Notes under the pieces: generated by a model
Database searches by the model: none
What the model was told of the DNA's origin: nothing
Seen by the model: the letters and a program-made list of their open reading frames with translations, nothing else
Translations under genes and position numbers: made by a program
Part shown: piece by piece, positions 41,335-53,506 of the stretch
How the letters are laid out: each line of letters starts with the position of its first letter
Numbering within the stretch: position 1 is the stretch's first letter
From: Azolla caroliniana
Taxonomy: Eukaryota; Plantae; Polypodiophyta
Assembly: GCA_043228905.1 (NCBI GenBank)
Contig: JBHGNT010000018.1
Span: 17,980,001-18,044,000 of the forward strand
DNA: 64,000 bases
Direction: 5' to 3'

Positions 41335-41550
41335 GCTTCACTCATCCTTTTCCGATTATGTGCTACTCTACTCGTCCATGTTGAGTTAGATCATTTCACT
41401 CATCCTTTCCCAATCATGTGATGCTTCACTCGTCCTATGTAGGGTTAGGTCGCGTCACTCCTAACAAGGTAAGTTACTTCACTCATCCTATTCTGGCTAT
41501 TCTCCTTTACTAATCTCGTGTTGGGTTAAGTTACTTCACTCATCTTCTCA
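41335..41550. repeat. Degenerate tandem array of TTCACTCATCCT-containing units upstream of ODR4
   Basis: The motif TTCACTC(A/G)TC occurs at least five times at irregular spacing. Confidence 0.7.
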
Positions 41551-42516
41551 TGTTAGTAGTGTACAGATATTACTAACGCATTCCCTCCTTGGTTCACGCT
41601 AACTACACAATTGGATGGATAATTATATGTGATGATATGGCACAAGTTTGTTGTTGATGTATCTCGATTATTTTGTGTTGGGGAATTCTCCTTAATTACT
41701 TGAAACTTCTATGTTTGGTAATGTTTCTTAATTTATTAGTGTTGGGTAATTTTCCGTAGTTACTTACATGTTGGGATTACGTTCCGTATTTACGTTTTAT
41801 TGGGTTCAACTTATCAAAGAACATCTTATTCTTTGATAATTATTTGGCAAAGATACTTGATGCATTACCTCACGCAATCACATGCCTTGTTATACTTTTC
41901 AATTAGGTTAACTATCAATCTAGTTGAAGCAATGAGCATATCAGCCTCCTTTCATTATGATATGAGTCTCATCGCAGATCATCATTCATTTGGAGCCACT
42001 AAAACATGAGTGACAGCTGTAAACATACAATTGGCAAGGTTTATGAAATCTCCAAGAAAGCAACCGATGTTAAGAGAAAAGGTTCTATTGCATAAAATGA
42101 ATGAGGTGTTGTTGGAACTTCTGATTTATCATTCTTCTAGAGTTTGTGCCACCTTGCAATTTGCCAATTACTCGATTTGTTCTTAATACAACACACTAAT
42201 GGTAAAAAACATGTATGTTATCTCATTTCTTTTAGTAATGGCACCCATGTTCCCTTGCATGGTATCAAAGCTTTGATTACAGAGAATCATTTTCATTGTT
42301 CTTTTATTAAGTTAATGTTTAAAGAAATCTACATGCAATTAGAGCAACTATAGAGATAGTGAAGGCCAATGGGGTAAACGAAAATATCATTGTTATTCCT
42401 ATGCTCCTTCGCACACATTTATCTCATTCATGTTCCAAAATCCTTCGCATTACTCAATGTTACAAAATCATATAAAAAATGATGAGATATAGAAGAATGG
42501 TTCCAATATAGCACTC

Positions 42517-45500
42517 TTAGATGGGCACTGGAGTCGTTCTAGTGAGGCATTGACCAGCGAATTCTCGGGCCCATAAATCATAGTGAATGATCTCCTCCAA
42601 AGTTGGCGAAACTACAAGCTCTTGTTGATGCTTGTTGCATGTCTCCTCAACAACTTTGAATATATCCAGATAACCAATTCTAGAGAGTATGAACAAAGGG
42701 GCATGTAAGCAGAAGTTAGACCTAATGTAAATAATATTTATAGCAGAGACTTGATAAGCACAACAAAGGAAAGTATAATGCTTACTTTTCATCAAGAAAG
42801 AGCTCAACTGCCTTCTCATTAGCAGCACTTAGTACTCCAGTCATTGTACCTCCAGCTCTGCCAGCTGCATAAGCAAGGTCCATTGAGGGATACTTTGCAT
42901 TGTCGGGTGTTCGGAACGTTAGAGATCCCATCCTGACAAACCAAAACCCCACCATGAACCCCAAACAATTATGAGGGAATATTCGAAAAGAAAACTTGCA
43001 GATGTTGTTCAGCGTTTAAGGTTTCCACTTTACAATACATGTAGCGCTATGTAAAATTGAAACCAAATGAAAACATTCGAAAGAAACCTACATATATTGA
43101 GGGTTTAGTCTTAGGTTTAGGGTTTAGAGTTTGCTTAGGGTTTAGGGTTTGATTAGGGGTTTGGGGTATACATAGGTTTATGTGAAACTGAAAGCAATTT
43201 GAGGAAAATAAGGATGGCTATAAGTTTATTAAGAATTTACTTGACAAATAAATTATCTGTTGATCTGTTAAATAACGATAAAGTGCACTCCATATTTCTC
43301 ATTACAAAGTTTACGAGAATTCTAAGGAATTACTTACTTGACAAAGTCAAGACGTGGCCATGTAATTTCGGAACATGCAATTCTCTCTGGCCATGAGAGT
43401 GTGTAGAGAATGGGCAATCTCATATCAGGCCATCCTAGTTGCGCTAGAACTGATGAATCCTGCACATTATGATCAAAGCTCCCTTTATTTTAGCATTGCC
43501 TATCTGGTCTACCATTATTTTCAATCGTAAGCTATTGAAGGTGGCACAATCCTAAGAAAGGCCCATATATCATCATTCTATTTTTACCTGTGTCTCAATC
43601 ATTGAGTGAATAATTGACTGCGGATGAACCACTATCTCGATGTTGTCATAGTCTACTCCATATAGATAGTGTGCCTCTATCACTTCCAGACCCTTCCACA
43701 GTTCAAACAAATCAAGTAAAAGTTCAATGACAACCATTGTCTAAGGGGTTCTAACAATAAAAGAAAATAAAGTTGATTACCAATTATGATAGTGAACTGT
43801 TCGAAAAATCGGTAACCAATGCATTATTCTAATTTGGATGACTGATTGAGTCTCAAACTGTACACACACAAACCTTGTTCATTAGCGTGGCTGAATCGAC
43901 AGTTATTTTTCTACCCATGCTCCAATTTGGATGCTTAAGAGCATCGGCAACTTTGACATCCTTTAATTTCTCAACTGGCCAATCCCTATGTCCAGAAAGC
44001 AAGTCCTTATTGGGTCTGTCTACTGAATCAAATGGCATTTGCCAGAGAGATTTGGACAAAAAATATTCGGCTGAAAACTAACCTGAATGCACCACCTGAA
44101 GCTGTCAGAATAATTCTTCGTAAACCACCTTCCGGCAAGCCTTGTATACACTGAAGAAATTTAATCGATCAATAGGACACAATACAACAATAGTATTTAG
44201 AAACAGAGTTAGATGTTTCTTTCTCAATATCATTGCATATGAGACTCTTCTATATTGATTGAGAAAGTTTTAGGGTCACCTGAAATATTGCCGAATGCTC
44301 CGAATCCGCCGGCAAAATCTTGATGTTGTGTTTCTTGGCTAATGGAAGGACATATGGACCACCAGCTATCAATGTCTCTTTATTTGCTAATGCTATGTCT
44401 TTGCCATCTTCAATAGCAGCAACCGTTGGCTACAATTATATTTTATCACACCAATGGTGAGCCAAGGGCAACAGCAAAAACTGACCACATGACAAAGAAA
44501 AGAAGTAGCATGAATTTAACCAGAAAAATAGATGAGATTCACCACCTGCCGTAGATATTTCTATCATAGACCTATAGAAACACAGTAAACCTAGCTTTTC
44601 TACACCCAGTGACCACAAACCCATCCTGGTCACCACCCATAAATATTGGTATTGAACATCTTACAATGTTCATTATTATAGGGAAACATGAGGAAAAGTG
44701 GGCTCCTTCCCACATGTGCAAATGAACCTAATATCTTCTTGTGAAATTAAGATGCAAGGGAAAAAAACAGTAGGCAGAAACTTACTCTAAGGCCAGCACA
44801 ACCTACAATTCCGGTCACAACTGTAACTGCTTCGGGATGACGTGCTACCTGTTTCACAAAAAACTTTACATAAGAACAAGTATAGAAAATAACATGAAGA
44901 AACAATTGACAACAACTGAATCAGCAGAGAAGAAAAATAGTTCCTGTATCGTTCCTTCGTCTCCAACAACAATCTCAGGCTTGACATCAACGTCGGCTAT
45001 AGCATCTTTCAGCTCGGAGACAAGGGCACCATTCCTAATGGCCACCAGACTAGGCTTAAATCTTCTAATCTATATTAGCATTGGAATCCATAGTTAAAAG
45101 GAGAAATAAATGTGTTTATTATATATTTGTCAAAGGATGGTAGCAATAAGTACAGAATTCAGGTTTTGAATTAGGTTGAAGAAAGAAGTTTCACCTGCTC
45201 TGCAAGCAATGTTACATTGGAACCTGCTGCAAGTGCAACTACACGGAATTTGTCTGGATGTTCAGCCACAATGTCGAGAGTCTGGAATCAGAAAAAGAAG
45301 TTAAGGTGAGTTACTTCAACCTGAATATTTTAATTATTATTTTTTTAAATGCTTATAGAGCGTGAAAACCATTTTCAGCTCATGAAGAGTTTTATTTTCT
45401 TCAAAGTACTCTCAAAACAATAGGACACAATATGGACATCATAGTTTGTCAGGGCAAAACTAAAATCCAAGATTTCATTTGTTAACTTTACATAAAGAAA

Positions 45501-47460
45501 AAAGAATAGGACACATTCAAAACCAAGATCTACTATCAGACATAAAATCTTGTAGATAACATCATGAATATGAGAGCTAAAAAGAAATAAAATAGCTGAA
45601 TAAGTACCTATCATCATTAATATGAGTTCTACAAAAAATCATAAGCCAATTATCGGACGCACATGCCAAAACAAGATTTCATGAATCACAACATTCAAGA
45701 ATGCTTCTCATTCTCAACCCCATCCTCCAAAGGGAATTTCTCGGAGGTCCTAGGCTCAGGAATGATTCTATGTAAGTTATGTATCTTCAATGACAAAAAA
45801 ATTCAGGGGCTCAAATATTCCAGCAAATATTCTCTTTATTCATCAATAAAAAACTGCATTTAAAAGTATTCCTATTCCATGAGTTTGTGGTGATTTATAC
45901 GTCCTAGAATAAATGCATGCAGTGGAAAAGAAATCATGTACCTGGGTCCCAATGGATCCTGTCGAACCGATCAAGGAAATGGGCTTAGGTCCATCCCAAG
46001 ACTTCCTACCTTCCTCAACAGTAGCTCTCCCAGGCCAAGCTGGTGGTGGCCCTCCCGCACTGCACTTGATGCTATGTGCTAGAGGACTTACAAACTTACC
46101 ACTGTTGGACACTTGTACTCCCACTGTTAAAAAAACAAAAAAAGGGATACCATAAATATCTGTTATGAGATCTGGATACTTGGCATGATTATTCATACAG
46201 AGCTTACAATGTCTAATCCCAGATAGTGTATGTTTCTCTTTCAATTCGTGTACGTTGAGGCATATCACATAGATACCATATATGTAACATAGATGTCATG
46301 GACTCTGAGGCTCAATTAAACATACAATACTTGAGGAAACGCAGAATTCAGGTCAAATAAATAGACATGTCTATACTACTATATATGAGACCCTGTTTGT
46401 CCAGATTTTTAAACAAAAAAAAGACAAAAGATAAATAAATAAATAAAATAGAAAAGTAATGAAAAACGAGACATCTGTCTATCAGGATTACTAGATAAAG
46501 AAGAAATAGATAGAAAAACAAAAAAAATGCAATATCAATAAGAAAAAATAAACAAAATAGAAAAACAATGGAAAAAAGAAATTTAAAACTAAAATGGCAC
46601 TACAGAGGATCAGTGTACTGCAGAGAGAGCTCAAAAACAGGAAGAATTGTGTATCCCCCATAAGCTTGATGCCACTTCACAAAAGCAAGAGGATCAATGG
46701 CAACATCAGGATGCCCTTCAGCCATCAGCTCGCCTACCATGCTGCTCAGTTCCTAAAACTAAATAAAGATAGAGAAGAGAGCGATGAGGGCACAAGGATG
46801 CCCGCAGTCATCGTCTTTCCTAACATGCTGCTCAGCCCCTACTTACTAAATAAAGACTGATGCACACACATAGACCATGGCCATAACTTGTGTTTCAGTG
46901 CGTATAATCACACATAAAATGGAAAGCAGGATCTTTACCATGTAGATAATGGGTTCTTGGAATCATTTATAATACATATAATACTTGAGAATACACAGAT
47001 CCCAGTTCTGTCTAATATCAAACAATGTCTGTTGTTCTTTCAACTCTCAGATACATGCATGCGTATTATATATACACACATGCTCTTTCAATCCTTGCAA
47101 TATATACATACATGTATATAACATCTGTGTATGTTTGATGGCAGGTTTAGAATATTCATAACTGAGTGAGTACCTTTAAGCTGTTTTGACATGTTTCTGA
47201 AAAGTGTGCTTTCAGAAGAACCCAATTGAGTCAGCTGATCATACTGATCAAGTAAGAAACAAAAACATAAAATTAAAGATCCAAAATTTGCAAACAAAAG
47301 TATTATCTCTTGTAAATCCATATTAACAAGACTAAATAAAATAGAAGACCCAAATTTTTGTACACACGAGAATTGTCTTAACTTATATAAAAATCGACAT
47401 TAAGGGTAAACAAGATCTTACTGTCGTATTCAAATTCAGATGTGAAGACAAGGACGCCAT
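42517..47460 (-). CDS. DXR: 1-deoxy-D-xylulose 5-phosphate reductoisomerase, plastid-targeted, 13 exons
   Basis: Motifs [101 protein letters not shown]. The two transit-peptide exons (47460-47422 and about 47242-47173) are less certain. Intron 5 has a non-GT donor. Confidence 0.96.
43101..43167. repeat. Degenerate interstitial telomere-like (TTTAGGG)n tract in a DXR intron
   Basis: GGGTTTAGTCTTAGGTTTAGGGTTTAGAGTTTGCTTAGGGTTTAGGGTTTGATTAGGGGTTTGGGGT. Confidence 0.8.
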
Positions 47461-47474
47461 AGTCATTTCTAATA

Positions 47475-47483
47475 AACCCTAAA
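47475..47483. promoter_or_regulatory. Telo-box AAACCCTAA just upstream of the predicted DXR start codon
   Basis: Exact plant telo-box motif about 15 bp from the ATG. Function is not shown. Confidence 0.4.
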
Positions 47484-48947
47484 TCTTTCTGTCTCTATGT
47501 ATGTACAATGTAAAATTAGCTCACAATCCGTTTTTCTGGGAGAGGGAGAGGGAGATTAGAGCCCACGAATATATCTGTCTATGTCTGTATCTGTTGTCTA
47601 TCTCTGCCTCTGTCCCTGTCTCTGTTACTGAAAACAGAGTCTCAGAGAGAGAGAGAAAGAGAATACTCCTATTATCCTATTATCCATTCAAATGGGTTTT
47701 TAATGAGTTTTTCAACCATAAATATATTTATCTAACTATTTTTCATTTGCATTTATATTTATATAGTTTATTTTTCAATGGTTTTATTTATTTATTTATA
47801 ATAATTACTAGGGAAAATCTATTTACCAAAAAAAAGCAAAAATGCACCCCCCCCCCCCCCCCTTTTACATTATTTTTTCGTAGAAATCCTCGGACTATTC
47901 GTCGAGAGATGCCGAGAATGAGACTCTCAATTATGCGTTCGTTGGTCATAGAAACATAATTATAACTTATTATACCGGGTTGCGAAGAGTCTGGGATTGT
48001 CTTAGGAGCTTGTAGTGACTCCGCAAAGCAAATATCCGAAATCATGGCATGGGAGTAGGGGTTGCAACCCATCTTTTATGAGTTCCTGGAAAATGTGGCA
48101 CGTTCCTGCACCGACTCATGAGCAACATCTTGGGATTCCAGCAATCTGTCGAACATCTATGAAAATCATCCATTGGCATCGAAAATTCAGTTGCTAGCTA
48201 GCCAGATCAGCATTTCTACAAACCAAAGTCATCCATGTGAATCGTGAAGCCACCATTTTGAAAGAGTTGTTAAGATTGCATGTGTTAGGTGTTTTCTTCT
48301 CTTCAATATTTGGCCAGCCACCTTATTTCGTTTTCTTTGTGTGCATGTGAGGGCATGTACAACACAATACCACGATGGTACCCAAGTTTTATTCTGGATC
48401 TAGGCCTAGCCTTTCCATTACTTGCAATGCGTTCGAATTTCACGATTAAATATGCGATGCCAATCATCTTCTACATATCATGGTTATCCACTTAGTGCAT
48501 AAGATATCTAGTGTGGTTGAGTAAATTTAAATTTTGTTCACGTTGGTCTTGTCTTCTCAGCGTCCTCTTTTTAGGGAGTCTTCCACACTCCATTATGCAT
48601 ACCATTTTTTAATGTCAAGACCAATTTGGTCACATATCCTTCAATATATGGGAGACGACATGAGTTGTTGAGACCATTATTTGCTCGAGGAAATATTGGT
48701 AAGTCTTGTGTGTAACATGCATCGTGTTGGTTCTAAGCATCATATTTTTTTGGGTGGTATTTTCTTGTCTTCCTCGCTTTACAAGAGTGGCTTTATCTTT
48801 AGGACAAAATAGATAGCAACAAGGGGTAGTGATGGTTTTTTCCTACAATGATGCCTCTTTATAGTCATCCATCCACATGTACACTATTGCCTAATCAAAT
48901 TTTGGCTTTTCCTCACTAACCTTATAAGTTCCACTTACCTATATCTA

Positions 48948-48955
<8 letters not shown>

Positions 48956-49005
<50 letters not shown>
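48956..49005. repeat. (TG)n microsatellite
   Basis: Read directly from the sequence. Confidence 0.95.
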
Positions 49006-49008
<3 letters not shown>

Positions 49009-49527
49009 TATACTTCTTTCCCAAGAACTTTGAGATGTAATTATGCAATATCACATATGTCCCTATTTCTTCTTCAGCCAATCCACATGTTGAGTTTTGA
49101 TAGCTTTTCTAAGACATTATTAAGTTTTAATAATACAATTTCTCATTTTGAACAATATTATTAAGAGGACTCTCAATGTAGAAAAATATCATTGTACCTA
49201 AGGTACGCAGTGACATTGGTATGACTCTAATTTTGGTTTACAAATCATGGTATCTAATACGCTCTTGGAACATATGATCAAAGAGAAAGTAACAAACTAA
49301 CTTTAGTTCGGAAGGTTAAACAACGAGGTTGGTTTATTCAACATTTTTATCATACATAACTAGAGATGCATGAGCCTATATAATACATGTTAGTTAGTAT
49401 AACTCCTAGTCATGTATTAATGCCACAAAAACGTATAACAAAAGCTTTTGTCAAAAGTATTCACCCATATTCAAGTTGCTTCTTTAATGCTAACATGTGT
49501 CAATCCTAATCCTATAACTTTCTCCAT

Positions 49528-49776
49528 CATCGCTTCGACAACGATCATGATTCGTATTGAAACCACACTTTAGAATTTCCTAAAAGAATTTTCCACACCT
49601 GAAAACTAGTTTTCTTGCACATTTTGATTCAATGTCTCTTTCACACACTATCTCATCGCTTCTACAACGATCATGATTCATATTGAAACCACACTCTAGT
49701 ATTTCCTAAAAGAATTTTCCACACCCGAAAACTAGTTTTCTTGCACATTTTGATTCAATGTCTCTTTCACACACTG
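49528..49776. repeat. 126-bp tandem duplication
   Basis: CATCGCTTC.ACAACGATCATGATTC...CTTTCACACACT at 49528 and 49654. Confidence 0.9.
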
Positions 49777-52700
49777 TCACAAAATATTTCTTGGTGTTGT
49801 CCTCTATGTTGATATGGTTGTACAAGTGTTTTCACTTGCTTAATGATGTTGACTTATATATTGGTATGCAAGTATAAATCCATGGCTATGGTTAATAGAA
49901 TATCAACATGCCCGAGTATTCAAGAATTTTGAAGTTCAAAATCATAGGAAAGAAGCAAAATTTCTTGAATTATGAATAATTGAATATTTGCATTTTCCTA
50001 ATTTTGGAACTTGATAGGATGTTCTCTAATCATTGTTTATTACAAATGGATCTCCTCGTCAAAAGCCCATAGATAATAGATCTTGCATCTATATACTCTT
50101 TGGGGGAGGTTCCTATAGCTAAGGAACACAACAATAGAGTCTAATATACATTGCAAGTTAGATGCTTGTTTATGATCAAATGTTTCTATGGAAGAGAAAT
50201 TCACAAGGAATTTTGGAGGAATCTAAGCATGTACATGTTAATTGGACACCTATCTATATTTTGCCAAATATCTATATGGTAAACAATGCTAAGAAAATAG
50301 GCAACATCAAACATAAATTGAAGCTCCATGTTCACTACACAAATCATGTGGTCAATTTCTTTATTTTAATGGGAAATGCTTTAATATGTCCATAAAGGAG
50401 GGCTTATTGGTTTTAGGTAATGAATCTAGACCATTAGACTAGCCAAATGCACAAGGAATGTTGGAAACACTTTGCCTTCTCACTCCATCAACTTTACAAA
50501 TGCCTTTCTACACAATCTAAGACTTTGGAACCTATAGATTGCCTTGTAGCCTGTAGGAAGAGATGCAATATGAGGATATTAATCCGAGAAACAATATGGC
50601 AATGCAATGAATCCTAGCAAGGAGTTTACTAGCACCATGTTTCCAAACATTAGCAACATAGCTCAAGCATCAAACATGCAAAACCATTCGTATAACTAGT
50701 GACGATGAGTACAATATGATCATGTCAATGCCAACTATCTCGAAAGGTAACCAGAATATAAAGTATTAAATTTGGAACGTTACAAACGATGCCATGCATC
50801 ATATGCAAAAAAGTTACAAATATATGATCTTCAACAGATATTGACTTATTGTACAATAAATAATTCTCTTGATATTGATATCATCAATTTAGCATCCTTC
50901 TCCATCATAAAACATTTCACAATGATAGACCAAATCTTTTGTAGCCTTACTTCATTGCCTTAAAAGTGTCATTGAGCCTCATCAAGCTTATCTTCATATA
51001 TTTGCACATGGATTCCACATTTTCAAACATATTCAACTTGCAATCAAAGCACATTGAGAAAAGAGGGACTGCTGCATGAGAAAAAATATGAATATGAAAA
51101 GGAGTGTCATATGTATGTACTATACGAAATACATTAACCATTGAGTCTCACTGAATAACCTCATTGTAAATCCTCGAATGTTCTCTTCCACACAATATGA
51201 CTTAACTAGCTAGTGCACAAAATGTCCTTCGATAATATATTTTGAAACGCTCATTAGATCAACATGATGCAATCATATGAAGAAATTTGACAAATGTGCG
51301 AGATTGGAGTCCCATAGGGATGCTAAGCTTGAATCTAAAACTCTGTGTGCACTCCATGACTTACATAAAGAGGCTGAAAGTTATCATTTTCTTAGACGCG
51401 TTTTTAAATGTAATATTTCAGATAATGCCACTTTTCCACTTGGTAATCGGTACCCTTATTTTTCTTTAGCATCCCCATATCCCAAGCCAAAGCATCCACT
51501 ATGATGATGGAAAAATATCATCGCCACCCATTTCTAATCAGATTGACCATCTTCCAATCATATGCAATACATGATGAACCCACTCCTTGAAATTTGCCCT
51601 TATTCCTTAATACAAAGCATGCATTGTCGTAACAACCCAATCCATTCCATCATATGTTTTTACTTATACCCTTTTTTGTTTCCTTAAAAAGCATATATCT
51701 TTATTTTGCTTATTGTTATAAGTTTGGATTATTGTTTGTACTATGATGTTGCGATATAGATTCTATGGCATGCACCCTAAAATATCAATAACAATGACAA
51801 AGCCAAGACTATTCAAGCACAAATTCATCACCTTACTTGCTACTGGAAATATATACTAGAGACTTGATTATTTTGGCATTTTAGCACTTTGCCGCAAGCT
51901 CAATTCACTAGAAAAACTTTTATTATACATTAAAAAATTACCTCACTTCCACAAGTCATTAGCCATAATCCCCTAATCTTCTTATATACCAATATCAAGT
52001 TGCCAACCATATTCATGAAAAGAAATAGAAACACCTTGTTATAAGATCATTGTTGTTGCAATTGTTAATTGACTGAACATCATTCTCAGCTTTGGTCAAC
52101 TACAAACATTGACCTATGACTAAAATATCTCACCACTGAAAGAGAGCGAGTGAAAGCTAAAATAAAAGCTTGATTGGACATATGCGAGGACAAGTGGATG
52201 TCTTACTCAAGTAGCAAGATCTCAATCAAATTGGGTTTTTGCATACATGTAATTGAATAAATGATGTCCCATTTTCAATTTATTCAATTATGGTTCAAGG
52301 AGTATGAGAACTACATTTACTAACTCTATTGCAGCAAATTTGTGGGAAAGCAAAATATGTTATGAAGTTAAACGGGTTTCTTTTATGGAATCTATGTAAG
52401 GTGACAATTCATCATGTTCATCATTAAATGGGTTTGTTGGTTGGGAGTGATATCTCGTTATTTGGACTCCAAAAAAATCCTAAGTTAGCCTTGATGGTGG
52501 CAAATCCCCAATTTTATTTTCCATTTAAGTTTAAGTCATGGTGGTATTTTTTTCTTCCGTATTGAAAGCTAGCAATACATGTGAGAAAAAAAGGGAGTGA
52601 AGAATACAATTATAAACAAATGGAAATGTTGCATTTGGTAGAAGACATTTTGCACTATACTCCATTTGATGCTCTAATGCCATTAAAACATGGTTGTCTA

Positions 52701-52800
52701 AAGTCAGAAAGAAAAGAAACACCTCATCAAGATGAAGACAAATATACACTGCATAGATGGTATACACTAAAGAGCTAGAGAAAGAGAGAAATTAGAAAAA

Positions 52801-53089
52801 GGCACATGGAGGAAGCTAAAAATGTCGTAAAAAGCTCAATATTCCTAAAACAATGCAAAACTCATTTGCAGTATATTACACTATGTCCTGCAACATGCCA
52901 ATAGTGGTTCAAACAACTAGTAAATATATGTGCAGCTTAATAAAAAATGGCACATGGAGGAAGCTAAAAATGTCATAAAAAGCTCAAATATCCTAAAGCA
53001 ATGCAAAACTCATTTGTAGTATATTACACTATGTCATGAAACATGCCAATAGTGGTTCAAACAACTAGTAAATATATGTGCAGCTTAAT
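52801..53089. repeat. 148-bp tandem duplication downstream of ClpR1
   Basis: GGCACATGGAGGAAGCTAAAAATGTC...GTGCAGCTTAAT at 52801 and 52949. Confidence 0.92.
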
Positions 53090-53506
53090 CAAATGTTAAA
53101 TGGAAACATTTCACAAATCCTGCATCAAAAAAGAGTCAGTGCTTTTGTGCGCAGCACCATGTTTCATAGAAAAACTATGATTTACACACCTCTGAAATTA
53201 TCTCCATAAACAAACGAGGCATTTAAACATCCATTCTGACAAATATGGAAAAAGAAAATATAGTCCATTTTTATCTTAGAAATGGTAGAAATTCGACTTT
53301 ACAAACGCATGTATAAGAAATTCTCTATCACATGTACAGGATTCTATAAAATATAATCTATTTTTAATAACCCTGCATTAGTTAAACTCTTTATAGCATT
53401 ATATGTTACATTCAGCATCATTCCTTGACAGAGGGCATAACCTCTATAAACTGACTTGTGGCCCAGGCTTTAGGTAAAGAGATCACCATTAATATCTCCA
53501 TGTCGG

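Noticed and set aside
52250-52290. 13-bp AT-rich inverted repeat
   Set aside because: Low complexity and no supporting context.
47900-52500. Possible decayed Mutator-like or other DNA transposase between DXR and ClpR1
   Set aside because: Only faint, fragmentary resemblances in translation and no termini found; not supportable without a profile search.
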